Source: Haliotis cracherodii (Eukaryota). Taken from it: DNA of 64,000 bases. The stretch spans positions 12,214,001-12,278,000 of the forward strand of contig NW_027266271.1 in the NCBI RefSeq assembly GCF_022045235.1. Direction: 5' to 3'. Shown one piece after another: positions 25,421 to 39,574 of the stretch (within the stretch, counting starts at the first letter, position 1; each line of letters opens with the position of its first letter). Under the pieces are notes generated by a model, which did no database searches, had not been told where the DNA came from, and saw only the letters and a program-made list of their open reading frames with translations. A program made the position numbers and the translations under genes.

Positions 25421-26255
25421 CTCAACGCACTGTGAAGCTTACAAGGGAAAGCTTTCTCCATCATCGGCTTTAACTCCTGTGCGTCAGTCATTTTCTATTT
25501 CCAATGAAAAAAGAATATTTTCTCCAATTTGCCTTTTCATGTAAGGCATACTATGTAATTTATGAAAATATCTGATCATTACATTGCCATTGCGAATCGG
25601 GTTCAAAGCGTGCCCATTTGTGCTTGTTTGTATTCTTGCTGGGGAAAATTAAGTCTTACTGCCTTTCACTCTTTTAAGAATAATATAAGTGATTTTTATG
25701 AAATACTGTGTAAAATGATGAAACTATTTTTTTACATTGCCACGTGGCTGTCAAATGCAAATGAGACCACACAAACCGAATGAAATTGTGTATGAATGTA
25801 AATCCTATACACGTCACGTGATATCAGATAGTGACAAGTAAATTACTTTCACTGGAGCATGAACGTTTTAAGCCCCGACGTTCATAGATATATGGATGGA
25901 TAAATAAATTATTTGACTGTTATATGTTGATACGATCACGATTACCTTTGCCCTTGAGTACACATAGGGTCTCACCTGATCAACTCCGTTTAAAACCAGC
26001 TCTTTGACTTATGCAATCAGTCCGAATTTGCTTTTCACAAGAAAAGTCGAAACTAGCACCGTCTGATCACGAGTGCTTGTTGTCGGAATCGCACAATCGA
26101 CTCTGCTTTTAGCAGAGATTTCGTATGAATATGTAAAGGGTTTTGGCGCTTCTATTTCGATTTCTTTCAGGGTTACAACATTCAAGCAAAGCTCCCAAAA
26201 CGTTTTATGATAGACATGTGGAGGACATTTCCCAATCCGTGACCAAATTGATGTC

Positions 26256-26420
26256 GGGTCGGTCGGGTAGCCTATTGGTTAAAGCGTTCGCTCGTCACGC
26301 CGAAGACCCGGGTTCGATTCCCGACATGGGTACAATGTGTGAAGCCCATTTCTGGTGTCCCCCGCCGTGATATGGCTGGAATATTGCTAAAAGCGGCGTA
26401 AAAGCCATACTCACTCACTC
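26256..26420 (+). mobile_element. SINE family B, full length
   Basis: A/B boxes (tagcctattgg, ggttcgattccc); 14-bp TSD accaaattgatgtc. Confidence 0.92.
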
Positions 26421-26424
26421 ACCA

Positions 26425-26668
26425 AATTGATGTCCAATGCAATTCCTATTTCGACTTGTGCCATATGTTCCCATGCTTGTTCGGGTGAACACTTAAAGTA
26501 CCTTTGCATGTGCTTGTGTTGGGTGTCCCCAGTGGGGCAGGACACGAGAACACCCGGTATCGTGAATAATTGGGTGTGATTCATAAACACATGCTTAAGT
26601 CATAATTGGAATCATACAAAGGAAACATTTCTTGATTATGGCAATGGTTTGTCGCTTTTTATCACAAT
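26425..26668 (-). repeat. Module M copy (inverted)
   Basis: Reverse complement reads ataaaaagcgacaaaccattgccataatcaagaaatg...gcatgtgtttatgaatcac...gataccgggtgttctcg...gttcacccgaacaagcatgggaacatatgg. Confidence 0.7.
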
Positions 26669-26764
26669 ATCATTTGCAAAGATTCCACGCGAACTTTCAA
26701 AAGCCTTCTTGGCAAAAGGCAAATTTATAAAGGTAATAAGATTGTATTACAGCAAGATGCCAAA

Positions 26765-27056
26765 GTGAGTGAGTGAGTGAGTGAGTGAGTGAGTGAGTGA
26801 GTGAGTGAGTGAGTTGGGTTTGACGCCGCTTTTAACAGTATTCCAGTTATATCACGGCGTGTTAGCTTAATGCAGGTCTCAGACGTTTACCACTTCGGTG
26901 AAACCAACGTGCACGGGTATGGTGCTGACAAATCTAGCAACATTATCGGGGCGAACCGGGATTCGAACCCACAATCATAGGTTTCTGGCGTGCCCAAGTG
27001 ACGCAGCTCTGCACAGCGAATCGCGGCGCTTTAGACGACTGGGCCACCCGTGCCCC
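26765..27056 (-). mobile_element. SINE family C with expanded (ACTC)n tail
   Basis: TSD gccaaagt; full head. Confidence 0.9.
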
Positions 27057-27588
27057 CGCCAAAGTCTCTGGACTCGAACACAACGTAATTCATTATCCTA
27101 CCAGTCACGAAGAGCGTTTATTCGGTTTTTAAAAACATGCGACGTGAATATTTGCCAGGTATGTACAACGACACACATATTTATCGAGCTCATTTATGAG
27201 ATCGTATCTGTGAACAAGCTATATGTCTTATGTTTATGGAAATAGTATTGTCGCTTGTATTACGACTATTACATTAGATATGTGAGATGTATTCTCTGTA
27301 AAAAAAGAAGAGTTGTCTAAGACGTGGTAATCACATATGCTTGATCGAATAATTAGACTATTAGGATGCCAAAGTAAATGCCAATGCCGTGGTTAATATT
27401 ATAACGTTTATACGATGTTTCCCATACAAATCTTGTTCATGCAAGTGTTGATGAGTTTGCTCTGCTGATTTTAACCCCTGCGTGTACTGTCCTTTTCAGG
27501 ATGTTCAAGACCACCAAGATACATATTACTCGTATCCACTACTTTGTTAACGTTACTTGACATAATAACTGCTCATTTACTTGAAGTA

Positions 27589-28610
27589 TATAGAGGTTAT
27601 CACGCGAGTGTGTTTGGGGATTGTAAAAATCCTGCATTAGGAATAAACATTGTATTTAGCGAGCCTTGGCGAGCTAAATACATAGTGTTTATTCCTAATA
27701 CAGGATATTTACCATCCCCAAACACACAAGCGTGATAACCTCTTTATCATATAATGTCATTCTTTTATTCTGTGCTTTAAAATAGCTTTCCCTCTCTCAC
27801 AAACATTACCGAAACATTGCGAATTTTCCTGGAATGCGCGCATTAATATTTATTACGTCACAGGGTAAGTGATGTGTCAGTCGGACGGTGACAGTAGCCA
27901 ATATAGTTCCAACTGAAATCTGTTTCTTATCAATTGGCCAAGCAACATATACGCCAAAAAACAGTTGTTTTTAATTGCCTTTCGCGGCAATCCATCGGTC
28001 TGTCCGCTAGAGTAATTGCCCTTTGTCAAAGGGAAGCTACTCTAACCCTAGTCTATGAGACGGTCACGGCCACGGTCAGACGTTGTTGACACTCGGTCTG
28101 TCCTGTTATAATGTTAAGAAGTGTAGTCAGATGTACACACAGCGACAAAACGAAACAAGGTAACAATTCAAACATATTTCCGCCAAATCCAACTATTTAA
28201 ATTAATGGAGAAGGTTTTTAAGCCGCAGAGGTCTACAAGCACAGATATGGCTACTGATCCCACTTGGCTAGGCCTCGTGCCCTCGCAAAATTGTTTCGAA
28301 ATTTATATCGCCAAAGTTGCCAAACTTATAAAATGCCTTAGCTACGTCACAGTTAGACACTGATTTTCAGTATATTAGACTGTTCTTTTGATAATAATAG
28401 CAATTATCCCTGTAGTTTATCCAGATTCCCTATGGTTAATTCTGACTCGATCGCCGAATGACGAGGGCGACGCCATGTTTGTTTATAAACAGTGAAAGTA
28501 GTCCAACTTGACCTTTGATATTTGCATCTCTATCCGCATATGACCCCAACGGATATCGTTTTTATCCGTTGGCTTTATCCTGCCGAGAAACCTACCAATT
28601 ATATGATAAA
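27589..28610. mobile_element. Non-autonomous DNA element with a 152-bp terminal palindrome and asymmetric short inverted repeats (Crypton-like architecture)
   Basis: Palindrome 27592-27743 (agaggttatcacgc...gcgtgataacctct), then tttatcatataat (27743-27755), whose inverse attatatgataaa lies at 28598-28610. The family assignment is inference. Confidence 0.6.
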
Positions 28611-28739
28611 TTTGCATACATGTACTTGTGACTGGTTATATCTACGTGTACTGACAAGTTATATGTGCATTTAGAATTAGTGCCTATGATGGACTGCGTC
28701 GATGGATTTAGTTGCTAATTATTTTTCAGCATAATCCCC

Positions 28740-29400
28740 TAAGATGTCCACATACTTCTGCCAACGATGCTGGAGTGCCTGGATCCGACTAATGCAGGAG
28801 GCTTCCTGCTGGTGGTGTAACACGTCCTCCAAAGAGTAAATGACGTCATCATGCTTTGCCTAATGCTTGATTGACAGCTATTTCTTCAAGTTTGGGAAGA
28901 GGTTGAAATCTGACGTTGCCAAGTATGGTAAATACTGAGGTTGTTCTATGAGCTAAAGTCACAGTCATGCCTTACAACCACGACAACATACATGTGCACG
29001 TTTACATTGTCCTGGTGGTACAACACACCTTCAGGGAGTTTTCTATAACGTTTAAACTTAATGTTCTCAGGTGGGGGGCGGTCGGGTAGCCTTGTGGTTA
29101 AATCGTTAGCTCGTCACGCCGAAGACTCGGGTTCGATTCCCGACATGGGTACAATGTGTGAAGCCCATTTCTGGTGTCCCCCGCCGTGATATGGCTGGAA
29201 TATTGCTAAAAGCGGCGTAAAACCTCACTCACTCACTCTCTCAGGTAGTGGACTAAGTAGATTACTATAATATTGGCCATTATTGGCCACTTTTCGGGTC
29301 GTAGTCCTCAAGATGGATTCCTTTGGAATCCAAGAGAACCGAAACCATCGCCTTGCCAGCTGATGGAACAGATTTTGCCTTCATCGTCGTCATCGGAGAA
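28740..29400 (-). pseudogene. Second Tc1/mariner transposase relic, interrupted by SINE B
   Basis: Reads GVLYHQDN and EQPQYLPYLATSDFNLFPNLKK; gccagctgatggaacag is shared with the relic at 14888. Confidence 0.75.
29073..29238 (+). mobile_element. SINE family B, full length
   Basis: TSD tctcaggt; A/B boxes; (ACTC)n tail. Confidence 0.92.
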
Positions 29401-30097
29401 GTGAGATGTTTCAGAAGAGACGATGACAAGAATAACTGAAATCAAAAGTTAGCATTAAATTTTACAATCATCGAGATAACCTGTGACAATTGAGGGCGAG
29501 TTGGCACAATGTGTTGTGCGTGTTAGTAAGGACATGGATCCCTGACAGCGTGGATCAGTGCTCATGTTATCAATCACTGGTTCTCCGACTCGAATATTGT
29601 CAGTCGCCTTGTAACGTTATTGACTGTGGCCTAAATCAACATTCGCTCATTTACTCAACGTGGCCAACCATCCATTCACATATATATCGCGGTGCGTTGC
29701 TATTCGAACGCATTTTACGACAACCGTGGAGCCATTCAAATACGCCTCGATTATTTTTTATAACGCTATAAAACTAAAGATGGCTGAATTGGTTTCTTGC
29801 CGATTACCTCCTCATAGAACTCGTGACTGAGTATGCAGTGCCAAACTAAAAATAAAGACCACTTTAGTATAAGTGGTATGTTTAATTGTCCTGATAACAT
29901 CTATGGTATCATTATATCGATCTTCTCGTTTTTAGCTAGGGTGTAGGACGTATGTGGCAGTACTGACATCAAACAGCACTTGGTCCTTCAGTTTGTTAAA
30001 TAATTGTCGCGAAATGAAATTTACAAATTTCAAATGAATTCAATTGACAGTGCTATTTACAAATTGCGTGAACCCAAAGGACAACTCCGATCTGTAT

Positions 30098-30395
30098 GTG
30101 AGGTGAGGTGAGGTGAGGTGAGGTGAGGTGAGGTGAGGTGAGGTGGGGTTTAACGTCGCATACAAGATTATTGCACTTATATAGCGACGTGCATGCACGT
30201 GTGTATGTGGCTGTGGCTGTCCGAAATGATGCCGATTTATAGTGGTAGCACCCTGAGATACCATGCCGCAGTTTAACATGAATACCCCACTAGACACAGT
30301 AAACTGACTCCGGTATGACGCGGCCTGGGATCGAACCTCGGAAATTCCGCTCTCCGGGCGGACGCCTGCCAGTTGACCACAGAGGAGGCCTCACC
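30098..30395 (-). mobile_element. SINE family A with central deletion and expanded (CACCT)n tail
   Basis: TSD ccgatctgta; Meta-like domain deleted. Confidence 0.85.
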
Positions 30396-33300
30396 CCGAT
30401 CTGTAATTATGTTCACTATTAATATGAGGGAATGATCCTGTTTGAACAACCTCATTGCAAACGGAACGACCATGGCAGACTACCGCCGTTTTGAGCTGCG
30501 ATAAGATACGCAGGCTATGCGTTGATCGATGTCTCAATACGAAAGGGTTTGTGTGGTTAGGCATGTTAATTTTGAGACATCAAAAGGAATTGGATACCTG
30601 ATTTCAAGCATTCCTCGCTTTCATGGTGGAACAATAAACAAAAATGTCAAAGGATAGTGTTTATGTAACTGTGCTATGCGATTGTTATTAGGATAGAGGC
30701 AGTATGAGCATAGCAAAAGGTAATCCTTCAACAGGTTATCTATCGAAACAGGAATGGATGCAGAGACGAGGTTCAACTAGTTTAAGTTCATTCCATCGAA
30801 ATTTTAATTAGGCCCACTATCTCTTTGAAGATAAATGGTAAGTACTTATACCTGGTTAGAGTATATCAGACTAAGTAGGTCTTTTTCTGAACTCATGACG
30901 CCGCAAACAATATCACATCTAAAGCATATGTTAATAAGCACATTACCTAATTCTGATTCTGCAAACGGAAGTTCTTCTATGTGTTAACTATTCCGGAAGA
31001 CAGATGGTGAAACAACGTCATAATGGCCGATTGACGTCACTTTATACGGTCACGTGGTGTCACAGACAGCATAATCCGTTTAATATTTAAATGTGTGAAT
31101 TACGTATACTCCCATGAGATTGCTTGTTTTTCAAAGATGTGTGTCTGTCTCACATCATGCTCACCTTAGCATCAGGTTCATAAGTATGGTTAATAGATGG
31201 ACGCACTTTTGTAAAGTATTATGTCAAAAAAAATGTTGCAGTTTCTCCTCCTCTTCTTGTTGGACCAAATCTTTGATTTATCTATTGATCTTTCATGTTT
31301 AATACATATAGTAGTGTTTGAATGCATCTTATTTGTTTATATTAAGTATGAAATCTACCAAAAATATCAATCCATCCTGATAATAACCAAGCTCCTTCCC
31401 AGCGCGTGACACCTTCGTTACACTCTCGGTAACATCGCTGCCACCAGTGTGTGCGCGCCAATTACAAGAATCTTGAAATTTGTCCTCTAACCCCAAATGT
31501 AGCAACGTTCATACTTTTGTTTATGTCTTTGAGAATGCCACTTTAATAACTTACTTTGTTGTTTGTATAATCAGATTGGTTTGAGATTGCAGACTAACGG
31601 AAAATCAACCAACTTCTTCTTTACATTCTTACGATATCAATAACATGATATAGTTTTAATGAAATAGAAATTCAAACTGACCACAATAAAGGTAATTTTG
31701 CAGGGGTAAATGTATTCGGAGTCACGACAGTCGTCATTTGTTTGTAAAAATAACGGTGACTCGGTTGTGAGTTCAACTCCAAGCATGGTTTGGGCCACCT
31801 ATCACAGTGTGGAGTTTTGACTGGTGGCAGCGATAGTATAAAGAGCTCCGCGAACGGGCTATCGCTGCGAGGAGCTTGCATGGGTGCATGAAATCATGAT
31901 TATTAACTCAAGCTCATCTGAGTTTGTCGCACGTCATTTGTATATGTTTAGGCTTAAATAAAATATGTAATTACGTGATGCTTTCTATTGTTCTTAGAAA
32001 GGGGCACATGTGGTTCTCTGTCATCTAAGGCGCCGTAATTCGGTGTGTGAAATGCAAGAAAACCTCGAATTCTTAAACAATAACAGACTAGCAAAACTGG
32101 CCAACTTCATTTGCACGGGCCACTTCCTTCATTAAGGAATTATGTGCACTTCAGACATAATACAGAAGATGTGATCTCCTTGGCGATTTTCTTTTCATTG
32201 CCTTTAAATTAATCACCCCTAGCAATATAGACGTGTTTCATCCTTTCCCGCGTGAAAGCTGATGGGTATCCTCAATTTACATTTCCCAAATGGCTAAAAA
32301 GGAATGAGACCGGCTTGATAATTTGATTTTTACACATGTACACCGCACTTCTAGTAATGAGAAGATGCAAAACGTATAACAAATTATAATGTCAACGCAT
32401 AGTCTTCGAAACAAAATGGGAGCAGCATCTTCGTAGAAATCTAAACTCATGGGTCATTGTAACTTTCAGTGATGACGTCAGGTGTTGCAAAACGGGTGCA
32501 TATGTCGGAATAAGGAATACTATCGATGATAACCCAGATCACCAGAGATGTGTTTCCGGAAACGTTGTGAACGAGCTTTTATTGTACATTTTCTCCCTTA
32601 TTGTATGTATCAAATAGGAAAATGACGCGCAGGCACTGTCACACATTGTTTTCATTATGTTTCTGTAAAGTCAATTACAAAACAAATACCTGAAACACAT
32701 TGATAAATGAATAAGTTAAAAACCGAACACCTATGAATAAATTCGTCTGTTTTTCACAAGGAAGACAATTCAATGATCAACATGATGAACACTTAACTTC
32801 GAAGATACCTCATGGGAGACATACACCCTTTTTATTCCTGTTTATCAGAACTAAAACCACAGTTTCTTAAGGACATGCTTACCCTTTTTGTCATCGCTGA
32901 TTTTCAGTGATCAAGTCATATAATTGTCACCGCTATTTTGCATTCCTCCCCCGATGGAATCTGTTTCGTTGCGTTATGTATTTGTCCCTTTGTTTAACCT
33001 TTTTATGACATATGTTTGTTTTCTGATTATTATTACATCTAAACACCAATAGAGTGATATCTGTGATGCCAACAAGCATCCATTTTCTGACACATGGAAG
33101 TTGGATTTGGTTCATATCCCAAGAGCGAATCATGGTTACCGTGACGAACGGAAAACGCCGATGTTGTCTGCTTGTAAATGTCAACCCTTTGACGCTGAAC
33201 ACAAGTGTTCCTGGTTGTCCAGCCTGATGTGAGGAACACATGCCACCGGGGAACACCGACGGCCTCTTTACTCGTACAGCTGCACGCAGTGAGACTAGAC

Positions 33301-35427
33301 TGTGGCGAGGTCGCCTTGATTTATTTGCCTGCCGTATCTTGGGAATAATGTATCTCATCAAGCTTGCATTGGTGCCAGATTTTAAGAGAGATTGCAATGT
33401 TTTCTCGGAGCGTATGAACAAAAGTTCAGCGTTTATACATTGTCTATATTTATATTGTGTCAACAACGCTGGTAGAGTATAATGAGTCTCGATTATCGGA
33501 GGAAACAGATTCCATTGGGCGTAAAAGGAAAAATAATGCTGAAAATTATATGAATGGATCACTGTTATCTAGTTAGATGGAAGTTATAGTAAGATTAGAG
33601 GTTTGACCCTGGAACCCTAGCAGAATGTGAGCCCTCAGCTTGGGCGCCTCCTGTTAGATGATATTGTGTGAGTGCCGGTGCTTAGGGCAGGACATGCGTA
33701 CAACTGGTATCATGACTGACCTTAGTGATCCATTCTTACAACGTTTACCGCATTTTAGAGACTGGTTGTTATCTGGCATTGGCGTTTTATGTATATCCTC
33801 TTGTCTGTTGTCCTCGTGTTACAAATTATGTCAAGATGCATCTTCATAGTCAATACGATATAGTCACCGGTCGAAGTAAATATACAGAAAGGTCACATGT
33901 GGATATGCAGTAGCAATACGCGATATGTTTACATGACACATCATACGTATAGATACTTTATTCTTCTTCAATTCTGTATTGTCCAGGTATCGGGGAGTGT
34001 GTATGTCCCCAGGGTATGAACGTAGCTGAGTCTGTGCTGTACCTATGATTACTATTTCTGTGAAGAAAACAACATTGAAAAGTTTAATGTTTACCCACCT
34101 TTCGTCAGGTATGCTTGTATATCAAATTACACCAGATTTCTCAAGTGAGCATTATAACATACATTTCTAAAGTAAAATGAAATTCAAATTAATGTTGTCA
34201 TACTGACATATATTGTGATTAAACTTGATATAAATTCTCAAATTGGTATTTGGTCTGGAATATGCTCAATTTGGCCATATTATAACTAATCAGTTTATTA
34301 TAATCACTAAGTTCAAGCTCTTTCATCAAAACTGTCGGCGTGAATGAAAGAATGCACAAGGCTTTAAAGCTACGGACTTCATGCGTTCGTTCTTCAAGCT
34401 GCAGGCCGGGATATTCCCCACAATATGTAAAGCCTCTTAGGATGCCCCCGTCGTGATATTGCTGGAATATTGCTAAAAGCTGCGTAAAAGCATATACTGA
34501 AAATACTTACACTGTTGTGAACACAATGCTTATTTAGAAGGAAACATAACATAATGGAGACAATATGAAGTCTATGCCACCAGTCTATGTATGTGATCAA
34601 GTTGATGTGCTCACGCAGAGTCAACACGTTTTACAAAATACTTCTTGTAGGAATGACAGTTTCAAAGACAAGATTGACACATGCAACCAGTATGAAAAAG
34701 TCAAATATCTTGAAATGTTAATCGATCATGTGAGACCAGTGAAGTGGATCTTCACGGGGAACAATCCGATTAATGTGCTTGTCAAATTCAAACCTGCATT
34801 TTGCATTACCTTCAATAGTTATAATGTCGTTTAACACATGTTTTACCATGATTGAAATCAGCTGACGTAGGGAAACTGACATGTTGAAAGTTGACGTGAA
34901 GTGTTCCATGTTGCCTTTCATTGATTGATGTTATAGATATGTTGGACAGTTCTTGTCCTTTTCCCATAAGTCTTATCCTTTTTAAAATGAATATTATTAA
35001 AATTTCCATGCTAGTTTCACACATGTATGTTCCGTTCGAACCACACTTCTCCCGTAGAGTGTTGTGAAAGGGAATATTAAGCTTGGAAGAAGTAGATCGA
35101 TATTTCCTTGATAATGGACATATTTCATACAACTGAAATATTTTATATTTTGGGACAGATCATTAGGTTCCCGAATGAAGCACCATTTTATTTCCAAGTT
35201 CACGGCAAAAAGCAGTCAGTCGTTCACGCAACACAATATGTTATCTCTTGTTGAGAAGGTGAGGGGAAAAGTATAAGTGTATGTACGTCATGAAAAATGT
35301 ATTGATCTGAAAGCATAAAATCTAGTAAAATGACACATTTTGTCGGAACTACAGTCTGCCTCAGTGACACTATGGTTTTCAGAGAGTGATCGTAAAGATC
35401 AGAGCTATAATACAATAAAGAAAATAC

Positions 35428-35680
35428 GATCCGGAAGATCCTTGGTAGAATAGGTCTTCAGCAACACATGCTTGACCCAAAAGGCGACTAAGCTTGTCGT
35501 AAGAGGCCACTAACGGGATCGGGTGGTGAGGCGATGCATGTCATCGCATCCCAAATGCGTGGATCGATGCTCATGATGTCAATCACTTTATTGTCTGGTC
35601 CAAACTCGATTATTTTCAGACCGCCGTCATATAGCTTGAATATTGCTGAGTGCGGCGTTAATCACCAACCAACCAAACAG
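35428..35680 (+). mobile_element. SINE-like family D
   Basis: Aligns end to end with 2462..2720 and 63463..63722. Confidence 0.88.
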
Positions 35681-35720
35681 AAACATACATTTATGGTTCC
35701 ATGTCAAATAATCTGTTTAT

Positions 35721-35840
35721 ATCAACGAGTGACTTGACAAAGTTGATATTTTCACTCAAGGCTGCGTTACTCATGGAAACACTCGAGGCTGGTCCACTAA
35801 TGTAATATATGTAGGCTTTGTCAAGTCACTCGATGAGATA
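35721..35840. repeat. Inverted repeat (degenerate palindromic element end)
   Basis: cgagtgacttgacaaag / ctttgtcaagtcactcg. Confidence 0.7.
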
Positions 35841-37409
35841 CTAGAAAATACAAATATCTTCTATTAATGCATGCTCACGCAGTAAATTCTGCTGCGACAG
35901 GATGGAGAAAGGTCCTTGGAGAGAAAGAAAATACATTTGGTGAGAGTGAAATGATAATCGACTGAACGAAATGATGATTAAAATAGTTATGTTCTTTTAG
36001 GACTGTTGTTATCATTTCGATAAAAGACGCGTCATCGTGCGTATTATTACGTTTCTTTTCATAACATAACTGCATCTTTGAAACACTCAGTGAAATAAGA
36101 TTCGAGTTTCAAATGGACGTTTTCACGTAGTTATAGTATCAACAGAAAATTAAATTTGAGATTCCTTTTGTGCAGTAAATCAATAGACACCTCAAGGGGT
36201 GCCTTAATATAACATCCCCATGACGGTTTCATTGTTGGACCATGGATCGTAGAATTGTGCGAAACTACTTGTAGAATTTTACAGCTGGCGAAAATTAAAA
36301 ATTAATATCTTGAGATTTATATTTTGACAACTGCATTTGCATCATCATCTAATTATATAAAACAGCCAAAGTCTAATGCCAGTCGTGATATCAAGAGCAA
36401 GCATCAAACAATTAATAGTTCCAGCCTGCATGGCACAAAATTGTGAAGACAGAAGTCACAGATGCGAGCAGTTTACTGGCGACAAACAACGACCACAACG
36501 TAAGGCTTTTCGAGTTCCACGTTAATCTGACAAATTCAAGACATTGATTACAAAATTCTGAACTACGTGATTTGTGTAAGCATATCCTTCATACATGGGG
36601 ACGTCTATGGCATCTCCATAATTATTCTTATGAAACATAACTGATTGATCGGCAGGTATACCATTTTAGTATTGTGAAACCTTCGCCGTTGTATTGTATT
36701 TATCTGTCGACGGTATATCACATTTCCTGATATTGCATAGTTAGGTAGACAGTGACGAATGAAGTGGGCATATTAAAATAGCTTGATGAACGTCTCTTCT
36801 GTCTTATCATGAAGATGTCTGAAATCATTCAGTAATTGGTGTCTCTTGTTGAAAAAATGGGCGCCGCTGCGACACACAAGGCGAGTAAGACAATGTTTTT
36901 TGGCTTGATGTTGCTAAACTACTGATTCATAGGTTTAGGTAAGATTTCCATCGTCAAGCGGGGATTTGGGTTATGTTTAAAGCCATATTTTTCATCAGAG
37001 GAGTTCAATACTTAAAATGTTGAAAATAGCTTCGCAATGAAGGGCGTGGAGGGACTTATGTATAGATTAATTATCTGATACTTCGTTATTTGATTCTGTT
37101 TGTCGGTGTGAGATGTTGTGTTATGTTCTCTGACGTTGTAACAGTGTGTAATGATGTGTTGTGTTAATTATTACCTAGAATACTGGGGTGTGTGGTGTTG
37201 TGGTGTAAAACTCTCTCTGGTTGTGATGCTTTGCGAAGTGGCAAAGAATCTCGTCATACACACTTTGTAAATAACCGTAATTTAAAGAAGTATAAAGATC
37301 AATTATTTCTACTTCTAGTACGTCATTTCCGGGACTTGATTTTACGGAATCGACTCTTTTTTTAGCCATCAGTACATTATCGGTATTTCATCCCCCATTA
37401 CTTTTTGGG

Positions 37410-37791
37410 GTGAGGTCACGTCGCGTTCAAGATTATTGNNNNNNNNNNNNNNNNNNNNNNNNNNNNNNNNNNNNNNNNNNNNNNNNNNNNNNNNNNNNNN
37501 NNNNNNNNNNNNNNNNNNNNNNNNNNNNNNNNNNNNNNNNNNNNNNNNNNNNNNNNNNNNNNNNNNNNNATTTTATAGTGCCAGCCCACTGAGATACCGT
37601 GCCACACTTTAAATATGAATACCCCACTTAGATCCAGTATACTGACTCCGAACCGACCATTCCTTGTTTTAGCACCTTGCTTGATGCCTAGCGCCAGGCA
37701 GGGTAACAACAAGTTCCGTCTTTTGGTATGACGAACCCCGGACCTTCTGGTCTCCGGGCGGAGACTCTACCACTCGACCACGGAGGCGGTC
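37410..37791 (-). mobile_element. SINE family A spanning N gap 37439-37569
   Basis: Head ctctaccactcgaccacggaggcggtc; tail acgtcgcgttcaagattattg. Confidence 0.85.
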
Positions 37792-38018
37792 TGTTCCCCA
37801 TTATTTACATAGAGCGGCAACAGCTAATCCATTACTCATGTACGTATAACTTGTTTCATTTGTCATTCGCAGATTGGTCGTCAATCCGTAATTGCTACGG
37901 AGGCGGTCTGTTACTTTTTGAAGTTCCCCAATATTTACGTAGAGCGGCAACAGCTAATCCATAACTCATGTACGAATAGATGTTTCATTTGCCATTCACT
38001 GACTGGTCGTCAATCCTT
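37780..38018. repeat. Diverged ~120-bp tandem duplication including the SINE A 5' tip
   Basis: acggaggcggtctgtt...tagagcggcaacagctaatcca...ggtcgtcaatcc occurs twice. Confidence 0.8.
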
Positions 38019-38679
38019 ATGTGCTAACATGATATGCCCAATACCGCTCTTTGGATCTACAGTTCTTACCATGCCATTACTGAAGACAACAGATAATCCA
38101 TTAGCCACAATTTATGGTAACCATACTTGTCTCTTGCGACGTGCGTCTGTGAAAGAGTTTCATGATATACTTGTCATAAATCGTTGCCCGACACCAGGAC
38201 ATGCAATGTGATAACAGGTGCTCAAAAGGCTTCAGTTGACGTCATATGGGCACGACACGGATACACTTTTATGATGGCCATGTCATCATTAGGGGAGCCT
38301 TCTCTCCAACACATTTCATTGTATTATAGACGTTTAAAATCGATCGGTGAATGGATGTAATAACATCTGGGTCCCGGAACAGATGTGATGTTTGTAGGTA
38401 TTATCGGGTTTTGAACATGAAGGCATGTGGCTGACAGTTTGAAGTTGGTAAAATGTCGCAAGGCGTGATTTCAAACTTTGTAAATAAAAGCGACAAAAGC
38501 CTTTCCATATGATAACAAAGTTCTGTAAAAACGATTATGCAATTCTGATTATATCTTAAGCATAAACCGCAAAAGAAGGTACACCCATAAAAAAATATTT
38601 TACCAATAAATTACAAACATTACAAAAAACGCTACTGGGCTAAAAGTCTAGTATCTGATGAACCAACTCACACTGATTA

Positions 38680-38938
38680 TGGGTGGCCCAGTCGTCTAAT
38701 GCGCCGTGTTTCGCTGTGCCTTGGGCACGCCAGAAACCTATGATTGTGGGTTCGAGTCCCATTTCGCCCCAATTATGTTTCTAGGTTTGTCCGCACCATA
38801 TCCGTGCTCGTGGGTTTCACCGAAGTGGTAAACGTCTAATACCTGCATCACTTGGGGCTTTCCTCCCACATTAAGCTGACACGCCGCGTTATAACTGGAA
38901 TACTGTTAAGAGCGGCGTTAAACCCAACTCACTCACTC
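38680..38938 (+). mobile_element. SINE family C
   Basis: Aligns to 25150..25420. Confidence 0.9.
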
Positions 38939-39574
38939 TTTATCTAGGTGTTGTATAACTGTCACAAGTATGTGATAAAACAAAACGCCAGAACTACGAT
39001 ATGCATAATTCTAAACCTTATATCCTAATAAACACAACAATGTAACTGTTCCATATTACATTGCTCAGTTTTGTATGAATGTAAATTCGTGCAGGTTGTA
39101 AATTGTTATTAATGGATCTTTAATATGTTCTGTAATTATATGTGTTAGCAAATTAATCACTCGCATACACGAAAAACAAATATAAAGAAATGTCTATCTC
39201 AGTTAAATGTGTCCTACATCAGTCGTAAAGAAGTCATTGTACCGAAATTTGTTCAGTGTAATCTTTTCCAATTATGCCATGATTCATTGGTCGATAATGT
39301 GCAAACCATGGAAAATGATTTAAATGCGACATATTTCATTTCAGAGATATTGAACAGGTCTTATGAAGCAGAAAGTATTTAAAACATATTCATTACTAAT
39401 GGTCAGTTTGACTATCATATGGATTAATTACAACATTAAATGCAAACCACGTCGATTAATTAGTGTCAAAGCGTCCACGTGCCTAAGCCGCTGGATGTAA
39501 TGGCATCCACGTGCGGGAGCATATCAAAGTGTCCATGACGCGGAGTTCGTGTATATGATGGCGTTCATGCGTCA

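Noticed and set aside
32933-33562. 209 aa ORF
   Set aside because: No recognisable motif or supported splice context; probably chance in a slightly GC-richer patch, although a homology search could not be run.
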